A stretch of DNA of 32,000 bases from an uncultured bacterium (GTDB lineage: Bacteria; Babelota; Babeliae; Babelales; RVW-14), in NCBI GenBank assembly GCA_963759805.1, contig CAVXAT010000009.1, positions 8,635 through 40,634 of the forward strand, in the 5' to 3' direction. The position numbers were made by a program, and so were the translations under genes. Below the pieces are notes generated by a model. The model ran no database searches and had not been told where the DNA came from. It saw only the letters and a program-made list of their open reading frames with translations. This document shows positions 16,099-24,902 of this stretch, in pieces (the first letter of the stretch is position 1; each line of letters starts with the position of its first letter).

Positions 16099-16980
16099 TT
16101 ATCTACCAATTCCAATTCTGACAAACTGCTTGACTGTAATTTTGTTGCCAAGCTTTTTGCTAGCCTCATCTAAGTAATTCTGGATTGTAATCTTGTCATT
16201 CTTAATGAAGAATTGATTGAGTAAACAGACGTCCTCGTAGTATTTTTTAATTTTGCCTTCTAAAATTTTTTCAATAACATTGGCCGGTTTGCCGGAAAGC
16301 TTTAGCTGTTCTGTTGCTATTTCGCGTTCTTTTGCAACGGCTGCCACGTCAAGATCAGTAGGTGAAACGGATAAAGGTTTGTTTACCGCAATTTGCATGC
16401 AGATGTCTTTGGCCACGGTTTTTAACTCTTCAAGATGTGCAGAAGGGTCCTTTTCCATTCCTAGCTCAACCATTACGCCTACGGTAGAACCGGGATGAAT
16501 ATAGGCGCTTACCATGCCGAATTTTCCGGCTTTGAAAAGCACAACCTTGATTACTTTAATGCTTTCAGCAATCTTTGCTATCAACTCATTAAGATGATCT
16601 TTCACCACAAGTTTAGGATTTTTTAGTGATTTTTGACTCAAAATTGCCTGTGCGTCATTAACAGCGGTGATTGCAGCAACTTCAGCCGTGTGTTTTGCAA
16701 AATACTCCATATCCACTGTTTTTGCAGAAAAATCAGTTTCACATGCGATTTCAACCATTGCGCCGGTCTTTGTGTCAGGAGAGATAAAACATTCTACACG
16801 ACCATTGGTGGTTGCATTTTCGCCCCGTTTAGCTGCAACGGACGAACCCTTTTTCCTCAATATTTCAATTGCTTTCTCTATATCGCCATTTGACTCTTCC
16901 AGTGCCTTTTTACAGTCCATCATTCCAACTTGAGTCTTTTCCCTAAGTTGTTTTACCAAGTCCATCGATATATTTGCCAT
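16099..16980 (-). CDS. tsf: Translation elongation factor Ts
   Basis: 293 aa. N-terminal UBA-like VKQLREKTQVGMMDCKKALEESNGDIEKAIEILRKKG and the conserved tsf-pyrH-frr order. Confidence 0.95.
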   Translation of the reverse strand: MANISMDLVKQLREKTQVGMMDCKKALEESNGDIEKAIEILRKKGSSVAAKRGENATTNGRVECFISPDTKTGAMVEIACETDFSAKTVDMEYFAKHTAEVAAITAVNDAQAILSQKSLKNPKLVVKDHLNELIAKIAESIKVIKVVLFKAGKFGMVSAYIHPGSTVGVMVELGMEKDPSAHLEELKTVAKDICMQIAVNKPLSVSPTDLDVAAVAKEREIATEQLKLSGKPANVIEKILEGKIKKYYEDVCLLNQFFIKNDKITIQNYLDEASKKLGNKITVKQFVRIGIGR

Positions 16981-17117
16981 TTCAAAACTCCCATATTCAT
17001 TTATAATGCGTTTGCGGTTGCAGTTTTTTTAAACATATAGTATTATTTTGCCAAATATACCTAATTTTTACAAGGACAAAACAAGTTTTTTAAGTTTGAA
17101 CACGATGGGAGTTTACT

Positions 17118-17393
17118 ATGCCAACGCCAAAGCGTAAACAGTCAAAATCTAGAAGAGACATGCGATCTGCCAATAAAGGGTTAAAACCAAAGAGTGTTGC
17201 TGCGTGTCAAACATGCCAGGCCCCAATTATTCCGCACCAAGCTTGCAAAGAGTGTGGTTACTATAAGGGCACGAAAATTTTAAGAACAAAAACTGACAGA
17301 ATGTACCAGAGAGGGAAGGCGAAACAGGCAAAGGAACAGCAGATGCAAGCCAAAGCGCCAGCAGCTACTCCTGAAAATGGTGCAAAAGAATAA
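17118..17393 (+). CDS. rpmF: 50S ribosomal protein L32 with a K/A/Q-rich C-terminal extension
   Basis: MPTPKRKQSKSRRDMRSA... plus the zinc ribbon CQTC...CKECG. It lies immediately upstream of plsX, as in many bacteria. At 91 aa it is about 30 aa longer than usual. Confidence 0.9.
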   Translation: MPTPKRKQSKSRRDMRSANKGLKPKSVAACQTCQAPIIPHQACKECGYYKGTKILRTKTDRMYQRGKAKQAKEQQMQAKAPAATPENGAKE

Positions 17394-17399
17394 ATTAAA

Positions 17400-18353
17400 A
17401 TGATTGCCTTGGATGTCATGGGTGGGGATTACGCGCCGGAGCAGATAGTTCTTGGGGCGTTGAATGCAGCCAAAAAATCGATTCCACTTACTCTTGTTGG
17501 TCCGCAAGATGTTATAAAAGAGTATCTTTATAAATATGATTCGAACTGGCAAAGTTATCCGATAAATTTTTGTAATTCAACAAGTGTCATTGCTATGGAC
17601 GAGGATCCGGTCAGTGCCGTACGCAAGAAAAAAGATTCTTCTATTGTCAAAATTATCGAGCTTGTCAAATCTGGGCAGGCAGATGTTGCAATTTCTGCCG
17701 GTAATTCCGGGGCTGTGATGGTAGCTGCCAGTTTTATTTTGGGTAAAGCGGAAAACCTTGACCGACCTGCCATTGCCGGTTTTTTACCAACGTCAACAGG
17801 AAACAAGGTTTTGGCCCTTGATTTGGGCGCAAATACTGACTGTAGACCGAATAATTTGGTGCAGTTTGCGTATCTGGCAGATGATTATGCCAAAAATATC
17901 TTAAACATATCCACCCCCAGAATAGCTCTTCTATCCAATGGGCATGAGGACTGCAAGGGGTCATTGGTTACAAAAGAGGCTTTTGTACTGCTCAAGAATT
18001 CAACACTTAATTTTATTGGAAACATTGAGCCATTAGATGTTTTCGACTACAAAACAGATATTGTTGTGAGTGATGGCTTTTCGGGAAATATTTTTTTAAA
18101 AACACTTGAAGGCGCATTTGATCTGTTTATTAAGTTAATTAAAAGAGAAACTGAGCTCAAAAGTGTGACTGATCCCAAAGTTGATCCCAAAATTTGTGAT
18201 TTTGCTCATGATATGGCCAAAGGTGTTTTATACACAGGCGGGGCTGTTTTGTTGGGGGTTAAGGGAAATGTTATTATCTGCCATGGAAATTCTACTGCAG
18301 ATGTGATAGAAAATACAGTAAAAAACAGCACCAAATTTTTCAGTGTGAAATGA
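17400..18353 (+). CDS. plsX: Phosphate acyltransferase PlsX
   Basis: 317 aa with IALDVMGGDYAP, SAGNSGA and GNIEP..., plus conserved rpmF-plsX linkage. Confidence 0.93.
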   Translation: MIALDVMGGDYAPEQIVLGALNAAKKSIPLTLVGPQDVIKEYLYKYDSNWQSYPINFCNSTSVIAMDEDPVSAVRKKKDSSIVKIIELVKSGQADVAISAGNSGAVMVAASFILGKAENLDRPAIAGFLPTSTGNKVLALDLGANTDCRPNNLVQFAYLADDYAKNILNISTPRIALLSNGHEDCKGSLVTKEAFVLLKNSTLNFIGNIEPLDVFDYKTDIVVSDGFSGNIFLKTLEGAFDLFIKLIKRETELKSVTDPKVDPKICDFAHDMAKGVLYTGGAVLLGVKGNVIICHGNSTADVIENTVKNSTKFFSVK

Positions 18354-18490
18354 TAATGTTTCAGGGCGAAAATTCTTAATATAAATAGCATTTTTAGTAT
18401 ACAAAAATGATAAGTTATATATACTCAATTTTGTGTAGATCTTTAATTTGAAATTTGTTAATAAATTGATAAAAACTATAGGAGAATTCG

Positions 18491-19225
18491 ATGGAAGTTA
18501 AGCAGGCGATGTTAATAAAGTGGTTTGATGATGTACTTAAAAAAGTAAAAGTTTATCAACAGCTTTTAATTATTGCGGCTTTGGGGGTAATTATCTTGAG
18601 TGCGGCTATTTTTGGCTATGCATTTTATAAAAATAAGGTTCGTGCTGCTGCCTATAAAGATTTTATGTCAGCAATTCAGTACTACGATGGGGCAGTCAAA
18701 AGCAAAAAAACCAGTTCAAACTATCCTGGAGTTAAGCAATTTGAGAGTGAAAATGATAAGTGGGTTCAGACTGAGCAGGTATTCGGGCAGGGGTATCAAA
18801 ATTATAAAAATACAGAATTGGCGCCGGCATTTTTGGCATTTCAAGCTGAAGCTTTGCTAAATCTTGGAAAAGTAGAGCAAGCGATTAAAATATTTAAAGA
18901 TGTTGTTAATCAGGTTAAAAGCGAAGAGATTAAAGATTCATATAAAGTAAAAATAGCTTTGATTAATATGGATAATAAAGACGCAAAAATTCAGAGCGAC
19001 GCGCTTAATGAACTGATTGCTATCGCGAATAATGATAATAGTGTTGCAAATGAGATAGCTCTTTATCAGGTAGGTTCATATTTTTGGACACAAAAAAAAT
19101 ATAATGAGGCTAAAAATTATTGGCAAAGGCTTTTGGTTAAAACAACTGCAAAGTCCGGACAAGCGTCTGTTTTTGCGGGTGAAGTCAGAGAGAAATTGAG
19201 TCTAATTTCGGCTGAGAATTTGTAG
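18491..19225 (+). CDS. Membrane-anchored TPR-like protein (YfgM-like architecture)
   Basis: 244 aa with one N-terminal TM helix (LLIIAALGVIILSAAIFGYAF) followed by helical repeats. Assigned from architecture only. Confidence 0.5.
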   Translation: MEVKQAMLIKWFDDVLKKVKVYQQLLIIAALGVIILSAAIFGYAFYKNKVRAAAYKDFMSAIQYYDGAVKSKKTSSNYPGVKQFESENDKWVQTEQVFGQGYQNYKNTELAPAFLAFQAEALLNLGKVEQAIKIFKDVVNQVKSEEIKDSYKVKIALINMDNKDAKIQSDALNELIAIANNDNSVANEIALYQVGSYFWTQKKYNEAKNYWQRLLVKTTAKSGQASVFAGEVREKLSLISAENL

Positions 19226-19280
19226 TCTCCGTTAATAAATAAATGTGAGGTTATTTTCCAATCATTTCAAAAATGCAGGT

Positions 19281-20309
19281 ATGACTATGAAAATAGGGAT
19301 GATTTTTCCTGGGCAGGGATCCCAGCTTCTTGGAATGTGTAAAGAACTTTATGATCGAGAACGTTTGGTTCAGGAGCTTTTTGAACAGGCTTCGAGTTGT
19401 TTGGACCAGAATTTTGTTCGACTCTGTTTTGCGTCATCAGAAAAAGAGCTCAGAGAAACTATTAATGCACAAACATCGATTTTTCTTGTTAGTGCGTCAA
19501 TCTACAAAATACTTAATGAGAAATATGGAATTATACCGGATATAGTTGCGGGACATAGCTCGGGAGAGTACTCCGCAATTTTCGCTGCCGGCGGAATGAC
19601 ATTTCCTGATGCGTTGTATCTGCTTAAAAAGCGTGCGCTATTTTTGGAAGAAGCGACCCAAAAGTATGAAGGGGGCATGTTAGCATCTCTTGGATTACCA
19701 TTTGAGACGGTTCAGGAGATATGCCAAAAGTACGATGACCCAACTGATCTCAAAGTTGTTGCCCAAGTCGTAAATTATAATTCGCCAACTCAATTTGTTA
19801 TATCAGGGACAAACAATGAACTTATTGCTATTGCAAGTGATATTAAGCAGGCCAAAGGTAAGGCAATAGCGCTCAATGTTGCAGGGGCATTTCATTCAAG
19901 AATGATGCGAGAGGCTGAAGAGAATTTTGCCGCATATTTGGTTAAAGTTGATTTTAAAGATCTTGCTGTTCCACTTGTTAACAATGTTGCAGCTAAGATT
20001 GTAAAATCAAATGAAGAGATCAAAGAGTCGCTTGTCAGTCAGATGAGTTCTAATGTTTTGTGGTGGCCGGCTATGAAACATTTCAAAAAATGTGATCTGA
20101 TTATTGAGGTAGGTCCCGGTACCAAATATGCAAAAATGCTCAAACGGGAGTGGCCGAAAGCAAATGTTGCTTCAATTAATACACAGGCTGACATTGAGCA
20201 GTTGGTGACATCTTTGGGTAAGGAGATTCAGAAAACTGAAATGGATCTTGTTGTTGAGCAAGAGTTGAGTGATGGACAGAAGGGCAGTGAGGGCGATGGC
20301 TCAATTTAA
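19281..20309 (+). CDS. fabD: Malonyl-CoA:ACP transacylase
   Basis: FPGQGSQ, active-site GHSSGEYSA and GAFHS motifs. The start is probably ATG 19281 or 19287 rather than GTG 19245. An acidic C-terminal extension of about 30 aa overlaps the fabG start. Confidence 0.92.
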   Translation: MTMKIGMIFPGQGSQLLGMCKELYDRERLVQELFEQASSCLDQNFVRLCFASSEKELRETINAQTSIFLVSASIYKILNEKYGIIPDIVAGHSSGEYSAIFAAGGMTFPDALYLLKKRALFLEEATQKYEGGMLASLGLPFETVQEICQKYDDPTDLKVVAQVVNYNSPTQFVISGTNNELIAIASDIKQAKGKAIALNVAGAFHSRMMREAEENFAAYLVKVDFKDLAVPLVNNVAAKIVKSNEEIKESLVSQMSSNVLWWPAMKHFKKCDLIIEVGPGTKYAKMLKREWPKANVASINTQADIEQLVTSLGKEIQKTEMDLVVEQELSDGQKGSEGDGSI

Positions 20310-21033
20310 CTCTTTAATCACCGGAGGGGTGCAGGGGATAGGCCTTGCTGTCGCTAAAAAACTTTTGTCTCGTGGAGATTGTGTTTCTGTTTTTGACATT
20401 TTATCGCAAGATGCACCAGTTGTTCAGGATCTAAAAAAATTAAATATTCAATACTTTCAAGTCGATGTTACATCTGTTGAATCAATAAAAAACGGATTTG
20501 ATCAATTATCTAAGTTTTTGGATAATCAGCCAAATAAAGATTTAAATTTGCTTGTGAATAACGCAGGAGTCACGCGTGACACACTTGCGATTCGAATGTG
20601 TGAATCCGATTGGGATACTGTTTTAGATGTGAATCTAAAAGGGACATTTTTCTGCTCTGCGCAAGCACTTAAGCGCATGATTAAGCAAAAAAAGAGCTAT
20701 GTTATTAATATTAGCTCAATTGTTGGCATTCATGGTAATGCCGGGCAGGCTAATTATGCTGCTAGCAAGGCCGGAATTATAGCATTAACCAAAACTCTCG
20801 CGCAAGAGTACGCAAGTCGCAATGTCTTGATCAACGCCATTGCGCCGGGATTTATCCAAACAAGCATGACTGAAAAATTACCTGAATCTGCCAAACAGAT
20901 GGCACTAGATCACATAGCGCTCAAGCGCTTTGGACATCCGGATGATATTGCTAATCTTATTGATTTTTTGACCTCAGGCAGGGCTGACTATATTACCGGC
21001 CAGACTATAGAGTTAACCGGTGGAATGTTTTAA
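20296..21033 (+). CDS. fabG: 3-oxoacyl-ACP reductase
   Basis: SDR motifs ITGGVQGIG, NNAGV and S...YAASK. ATG 20296 (MAQFNSLITGG) is preceded by GAGGG. Confidence 0.92.
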   Translation: MAQFNSLITGGVQGIGLAVAKKLLSRGDCVSVFDILSQDAPVVQDLKKLNIQYFQVDVTSVESIKNGFDQLSKFLDNQPNKDLNLLVNNAGVTRDTLAIRMCESDWDTVLDVNLKGTFFCSAQALKRMIKQKKSYVINISSIVGIHGNAGQANYAASKAGIIALTKTLAQEYASRNVLINAIAPGFIQTSMTEKLPESAKQMALDHIALKRFGHPDDIANLIDFLTSGRADYITGQTIELTGGMF

Positions 21034-21060
21034 ATGATACATAAAATATGTTTTTGATTT

Positions 21061-22200
21061 CTATAAAAACAGTTCGGATAAAAATTTTTCTGCACTCAAT
21101 ATTTTTATTTCATTTTGCTCATGTTCATGACGAAGTAATTTAACCAATTGAATAGCGGGATAGTTATATTTTTCATGAAAATGTACCAACGCATGGCTAA
21201 GAGATCCATCTGACAGTTTAACTTCTATTATCTGTTCAACATTTTCTTGTCGAGCTAATGCAAAGTCCACTTCTATTCCATCTTTTGTACGCAAATAATG
21301 TAGATTATACTCTTCGGCATGATAATCGGTTTTTGCGCAAGCATGTTTTAGTAGACTGACGGCAACTAAATTTTCTAACTTTGCTCCATCATCCCCCTGC
21401 ACAAGGCCTGTATCAAAAAAGTATATTTTGGGCTCTTTCAACAAGCTGCGTGCAATATTTTTGGAGTAAGGGGTCACTCTAAAAATAATGTATAAAGCTT
21501 CTAAAATCTGGATATATTTTTTTATCGTCATTGGAGATACAGCAACATCCTCTGCCAAAGATTGGAATGAAACCGGTGAGCCAACACGATTTCTTAATAA
21601 ATTAAAAACAAGCTGCATAGCCTTTAAATTATAAATTTTATCTATTTCAAAAACATCAGAACTTAAAATACTGTTAATATACTGCAATCGCCATCTACTG
21701 GCTTCAACTTCATCATCAACCAAATAAGGTTCCGGAAAACCACCTCGCACAATCAGCCTTTGGATATCCAATGGCTCAGATACCTGCGCAAGCTCAGCCA
21801 AAGAGAGTGGGAATAATCTATGTCGGAAATACCGTCCGGCCAATGAGTCTCCTAAGTGGTCATAGATATCCAAGCGGGCGCTGCCTGTTACCAAGACATG
21901 CATAGATTCAGGTTTTGTATCATACAATCCCTTGAGATAATTCTTCCAATCTCGCATTTTATGAAGTTCATCAAGCACCAAAAGATCCGTAGTTGGCAAC
22001 CAAGACTGCGCGCTAATAATTTCGCGATCTAAGATTTGATCATAATTGAGATAGACACTGCTTTTAAATTCTTTTGCAATGTCCTTTGCCAACCAGGTTT
22101 TACCTGACTGGCGAGGCCCAACGATAAGAACCATTTTTTTTTCTAAATCCCTAAGGATCCACTGTTTTTGTATTCTCTTCATATGACTATAATATATCAT
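21061..22200 (-). CDS. AAA+ ATPase of the AAA_14/DUF4143-like (COG1373-like) type, function unknown
   Basis: 379 aa with Walker A GPRQSGKT and Walker B LLVLDELH. The C-terminal half resembles the DUF4143-type architecture by pattern, not by search. It lies antisense between fabG and acpP. Confidence 0.75.
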   Translation of the reverse strand: MIYYSHMKRIQKQWILRDLEKKMVLIVGPRQSGKTWLAKDIAKEFKSSVYLNYDQILDREIISAQSWLPTTDLLVLDELHKMRDWKNYLKGLYDTKPESMHVLVTGSARLDIYDHLGDSLAGRYFRHRLFPLSLAELAQVSEPLDIQRLIVRGGFPEPYLVDDEVEASRWRLQYINSILSSDVFEIDKIYNLKAMQLVFNLLRNRVGSPVSFQSLAEDVAVSPMTIKKYIQILEALYIIFRVTPYSKNIARSLLKEPKIYFFDTGLVQGDDGAKLENLVAVSLLKHACAKTDYHAEEYNLHYLRTKDGIEVDFALARQENVEQIIEVKLSDGSLSHALVHFHEKYNYPAIQLVKLLRHEHEQNEIKILSAEKFLSELFL

Positions 22201-22392
22201 AATATGTAAAAGTCAAGACTTTTCTCCAATATGATATCGTTTTGTCATAAATTATTAAGTAGCAATTAACTAAAAACAGCTTAAAAATACACACTTTTGT
22301 GGAAAATTTTTCAAAAATCAGATATCATATAAACCTGTGTTATTAAAAATTTATTGATTAAAGCTGTGATTAAAGTTTTTAGGAGTATTTTT

Positions 22393-22641
22393 ATGGCATT
22401 CACAAAAGAAGAGACTCTGAGCAAAGTAGTTTCCATTATTTCAGAAAAATTGAACCTTCCTGCGCAAAATATTACAGAATCTTCTACATTTAAAGATTTG
22501 GGCGCAGATTCACTTGATGTTGTTGAGATCATAATGAGTTTTGAAGAGACATTTGGTCTTGAAATCAAAGATGAAGATGCCGAAAAAATTAAATCAATCG
22601 GTGAAGCTGTAAATTTAATTCACACATATCGTACAAAATAA
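22393..22641 (+). CDS. acpP: Acyl carrier protein
   Basis: 82 aa from ATG 22393, with AGGAG 8 nt upstream. Phosphopantetheine site DLGADSLDVVE. Confidence 0.95.
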   Translation: MAFTKEETLSKVVSIISEKLNLPAQNITESSTFKDLGADSLDVVEIIMSFEETFGLEIKDEDAEKIKSIGEAVNLIHTYRTK

Positions 22642-22655
22642 GAAGTTAGCTTACT

Positions 22656-23921
22656 ATGTCAAAATGTGAGGTTGTAATCACAGGGGTGGGACTTATTACC
22701 CCATTGGGCAATGACACGCAGACAACTTGGAGTAACTTAATCGCCGGAAAATCCGGAATCGGTTTTATAAGTGATCGTTACAATCTTGAAAATTATCCAT
22801 GTAAAGTTGTCGGTTTTGTAAAAAATGATCAGGCCCTTATCGATCAAGTTTTGTCCCAAAAGGATCAGAACAAGGCCGGGAGATTTATTCAGCTAAGTCT
22901 GGTTGCAGCAAAACAGGCAATTGAAGATTCCGGCTTATCGCAAGCTGTTCCTGAGCAACGGGACAGATTTGGCTCATACATGGGAATTGGAATTGGTGGA
23001 CTTGGTGAAATTGAGCATTGTGTTCGTGAGTACATGGCCGGAGGTTCCAAAAGGATATCCCCCTTTACAATCCCAAGTTTGATTAGTAACGAGGCTGTAG
23101 GTTGGGCGAGTATAAAGTGGAATTTACAAGGTCCTTCTGCCGTAATTACAAATGCCTGTTCTTCAAGCAGCGATGCTTTGGGCCTTGCTTTCAGATCAAT
23201 AAAAGATGGATATGCAGATTACATGCTTGCCGGTGGAGTTGAAAGTTGTGCAATTCCTATGACAGTAGTTGGTTTTGGCAACATGAGAGCTCTTTCAACA
23301 TGGTCCGGTGATCCTGCGCGAGCAAGCAGGCCGTTTGATGCTTTACGCACCGGTTTTGTAATGGCCGAAGGTGCCGCAATGCTTGTACTTGAGCGCAAAG
23401 ACCTGGCAATTAAACGTGGCGCCAAAATTTATGCGCAAATAGTGGGCTATGGCGCAACCTCTGATGCCCACCACATTACTGCAATTCATCCTGATGGACG
23501 AGGAGCCATAAATGCGATAAAAATGGCACTGAATGAGGCAAAAATTAATCCTGAAGATGTTGGGTATATTAATGCTCACGGCACGGGTACACGCATGAAT
23601 GATGTCGTTGAGACTAATGCACTAAAGCATGTTTTTGGAGAGCATGTCTGTGCAGAAAAACCAAATCACATTGCAGTTAGCAGCACAAAGTCCATGACAG
23701 GACATATGCTTGGGGCAACAGGAGCTGCGGAAGCAATTTTTTGCGCTCTTGCGCTTGAAAATCAAATTCTGCCGCCGACAATAAATCTTGAGAATCCTGA
23801 TCCGGAATGCGACCTTGATTATGTTCCCGGCTGTGCCAGAGATTCAAAAATAAGTTACGCCATATCCAATTCGTTTGGGTTTGGTGGTGGTAATACTGTT
23901 CTTGTGTTGAGAAAGAATTAA
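22656..23921 (+). CDS. fabF: 3-oxoacyl-ACP synthase II
   Basis: 421 aa with active-site NACSSS, HGTGT and SFGFGG motifs. Confidence 0.93.
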   Translation: MSKCEVVITGVGLITPLGNDTQTTWSNLIAGKSGIGFISDRYNLENYPCKVVGFVKNDQALIDQVLSQKDQNKAGRFIQLSLVAAKQAIEDSGLSQAVPEQRDRFGSYMGIGIGGLGEIEHCVREYMAGGSKRISPFTIPSLISNEAVGWASIKWNLQGPSAVITNACSSSSDALGLAFRSIKDGYADYMLAGGVESCAIPMTVVGFGNMRALSTWSGDPARASRPFDALRTGFVMAEGAAMLVLERKDLAIKRGAKIYAQIVGYGATSDAHHITAIHPDGRGAINAIKMALNEAKINPEDVGYINAHGTGTRMNDVVETNALKHVFGEHVCAEKPNHIAVSSTKSMTGHMLGATGAAEAIFCALALENQILPPTINLENPDPECDLDYVPGCARDSKISYAISNSFGFGGGNTVLVLRKN

Positions 23922-24045
23922 ATTAAACAAAATCTTTATTTTTTAGTTTAGTTTGATATATAATTCAGTTAGTAAAGTTATCCGTTGGCAAATTAAGTAA
24001 TATAGACGTAAGATTTTGGTAATTTTCATAGGTAAGGAGATTTTT

Positions 24046-24813
24046 ATGAATATAAAACAACTTTCGGTGTTACTTTTGGCTGTATCGATGGTCGCGACCC
24101 AATCCATTAGTCCAGTAGCAGTAGAGGAGAGGGGGAAGCCAGAAGAAAAGACGAAAGTGTCAAAACAGCTTACGGCCAAACAGGTTGTTCCTGCTAAAAA
24201 ACAGATGGGTACTGTTAAGGACGTAAAAGCAAAACCTGTTATAGCAAAGAAAAAGACGGCCACTGCAAAAGTAAAATCTGCTCCGAAGAAAGTCGTCAAA
24301 CCTGCTCCTAAGAAAGTTGTCAAGCGTCCACCAGTAAAAAGAGCTAAGAAGTCACGTGGGAAAATCGTTAAAAAAGAAAATAAATTAATGACTGAGCCAA
24401 TTGCCAAACTTGGAAAGTTTGATGCCAGAGGTTCTATTAAATCATTTACTGGTGCTGCTAATAATATCATTGAATTTATGCACGAAAAAGGTTCATCTGC
24501 AACGGCAAGTCAAAAGGCGGAGATTTTTACGGTAATTGCGCGTTTTAATTGGATTGCTGGTCGTAAGAATTTTGATACACCTGCCCACTATGCGCAAGCT
24601 GAAAAGCTTTTAAATGAAGCAAGCAAACATGAGGCTTTGTTTGGGGCCACAAAGATGAAGTTTATTAATAAGTGGAAAGCGTCAATTCTAACACGTCAGA
24701 AAAAAGAGGTAGCTAAGGCGCCAATTAAAAAAGCAACACAAAAACCGGTTGTTAAAGCGGTTGAAAAGCGTCGGGCAGAAATGCCAAAAAAAACGGCAAC
24801 GCGCGCTAAATAA
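24046..24813 (+). CDS. Secreted Lys-rich protein of unknown function
   Basis: ATG 24046 follows AAGGAGA. Signal peptide MNIKQLSVLLLAVSMVATQS. K/P/A/V-rich repeats (KSAPKKVVKPAPKKVVKRPPVKRAKK), a non-repetitive central segment and a K-rich C-terminus. Confidence 0.7.
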   Translation: MNIKQLSVLLLAVSMVATQSISPVAVEERGKPEEKTKVSKQLTAKQVVPAKKQMGTVKDVKAKPVIAKKKTATAKVKSAPKKVVKPAPKKVVKRPPVKRAKKSRGKIVKKENKLMTEPIAKLGKFDARGSIKSFTGAANNIIEFMHEKGSSATASQKAEIFTVIARFNWIAGRKNFDTPAHYAQAEKLLNEASKHEALFGATKMKFINKWKASILTRQKKEVAKAPIKKATQKPVVKAVEKRRAEMPKKTATRAK

Positions 24814-24857
24814 ATAAAGATTTTTTATAAGCTAGATATTAAGCTAGATAAAGATAA

Positions 24858-24876
24858 GGGCTCCAAGTTGGAGCCC
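24858..24876. terminator. Hairpin terminator between convergent genes
   Basis: GGGCTCC-AAGT-TGGAGCCC followed by TTT. Confidence 0.55.
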
Positions 24877-24902
24877 TTTGTCAGTTACTTTTTATTTTAT
24901 GA

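Noticed and set aside
16098-16169. 24-codon N-terminal extension of pyrH in the track ORF
   Set aside because: It overlaps the 3' end of tsf. The conserved UMP kinase N-terminus begins at MESVLIKLSGE (ATG 16097).
23943-24470. 175-aa minus-strand ORF rich in F/L/T/A that looks like a multi-pass membrane protein; the same applies to 24868-25158 (+)
   Set aside because: Both are the antisense reading of Lys-rich coding sequence, where AAA/AAG codons give TTT/CTT. The sense ORFs have RBS, signal peptides and paralog support.
24829-24850. Direct repeat AAGCTAGATA x2 (12-nt period) after the Lys-rich protein gene
   Set aside because: It is too short and isolated to interpret, and probably incidental next to the terminator hairpin.
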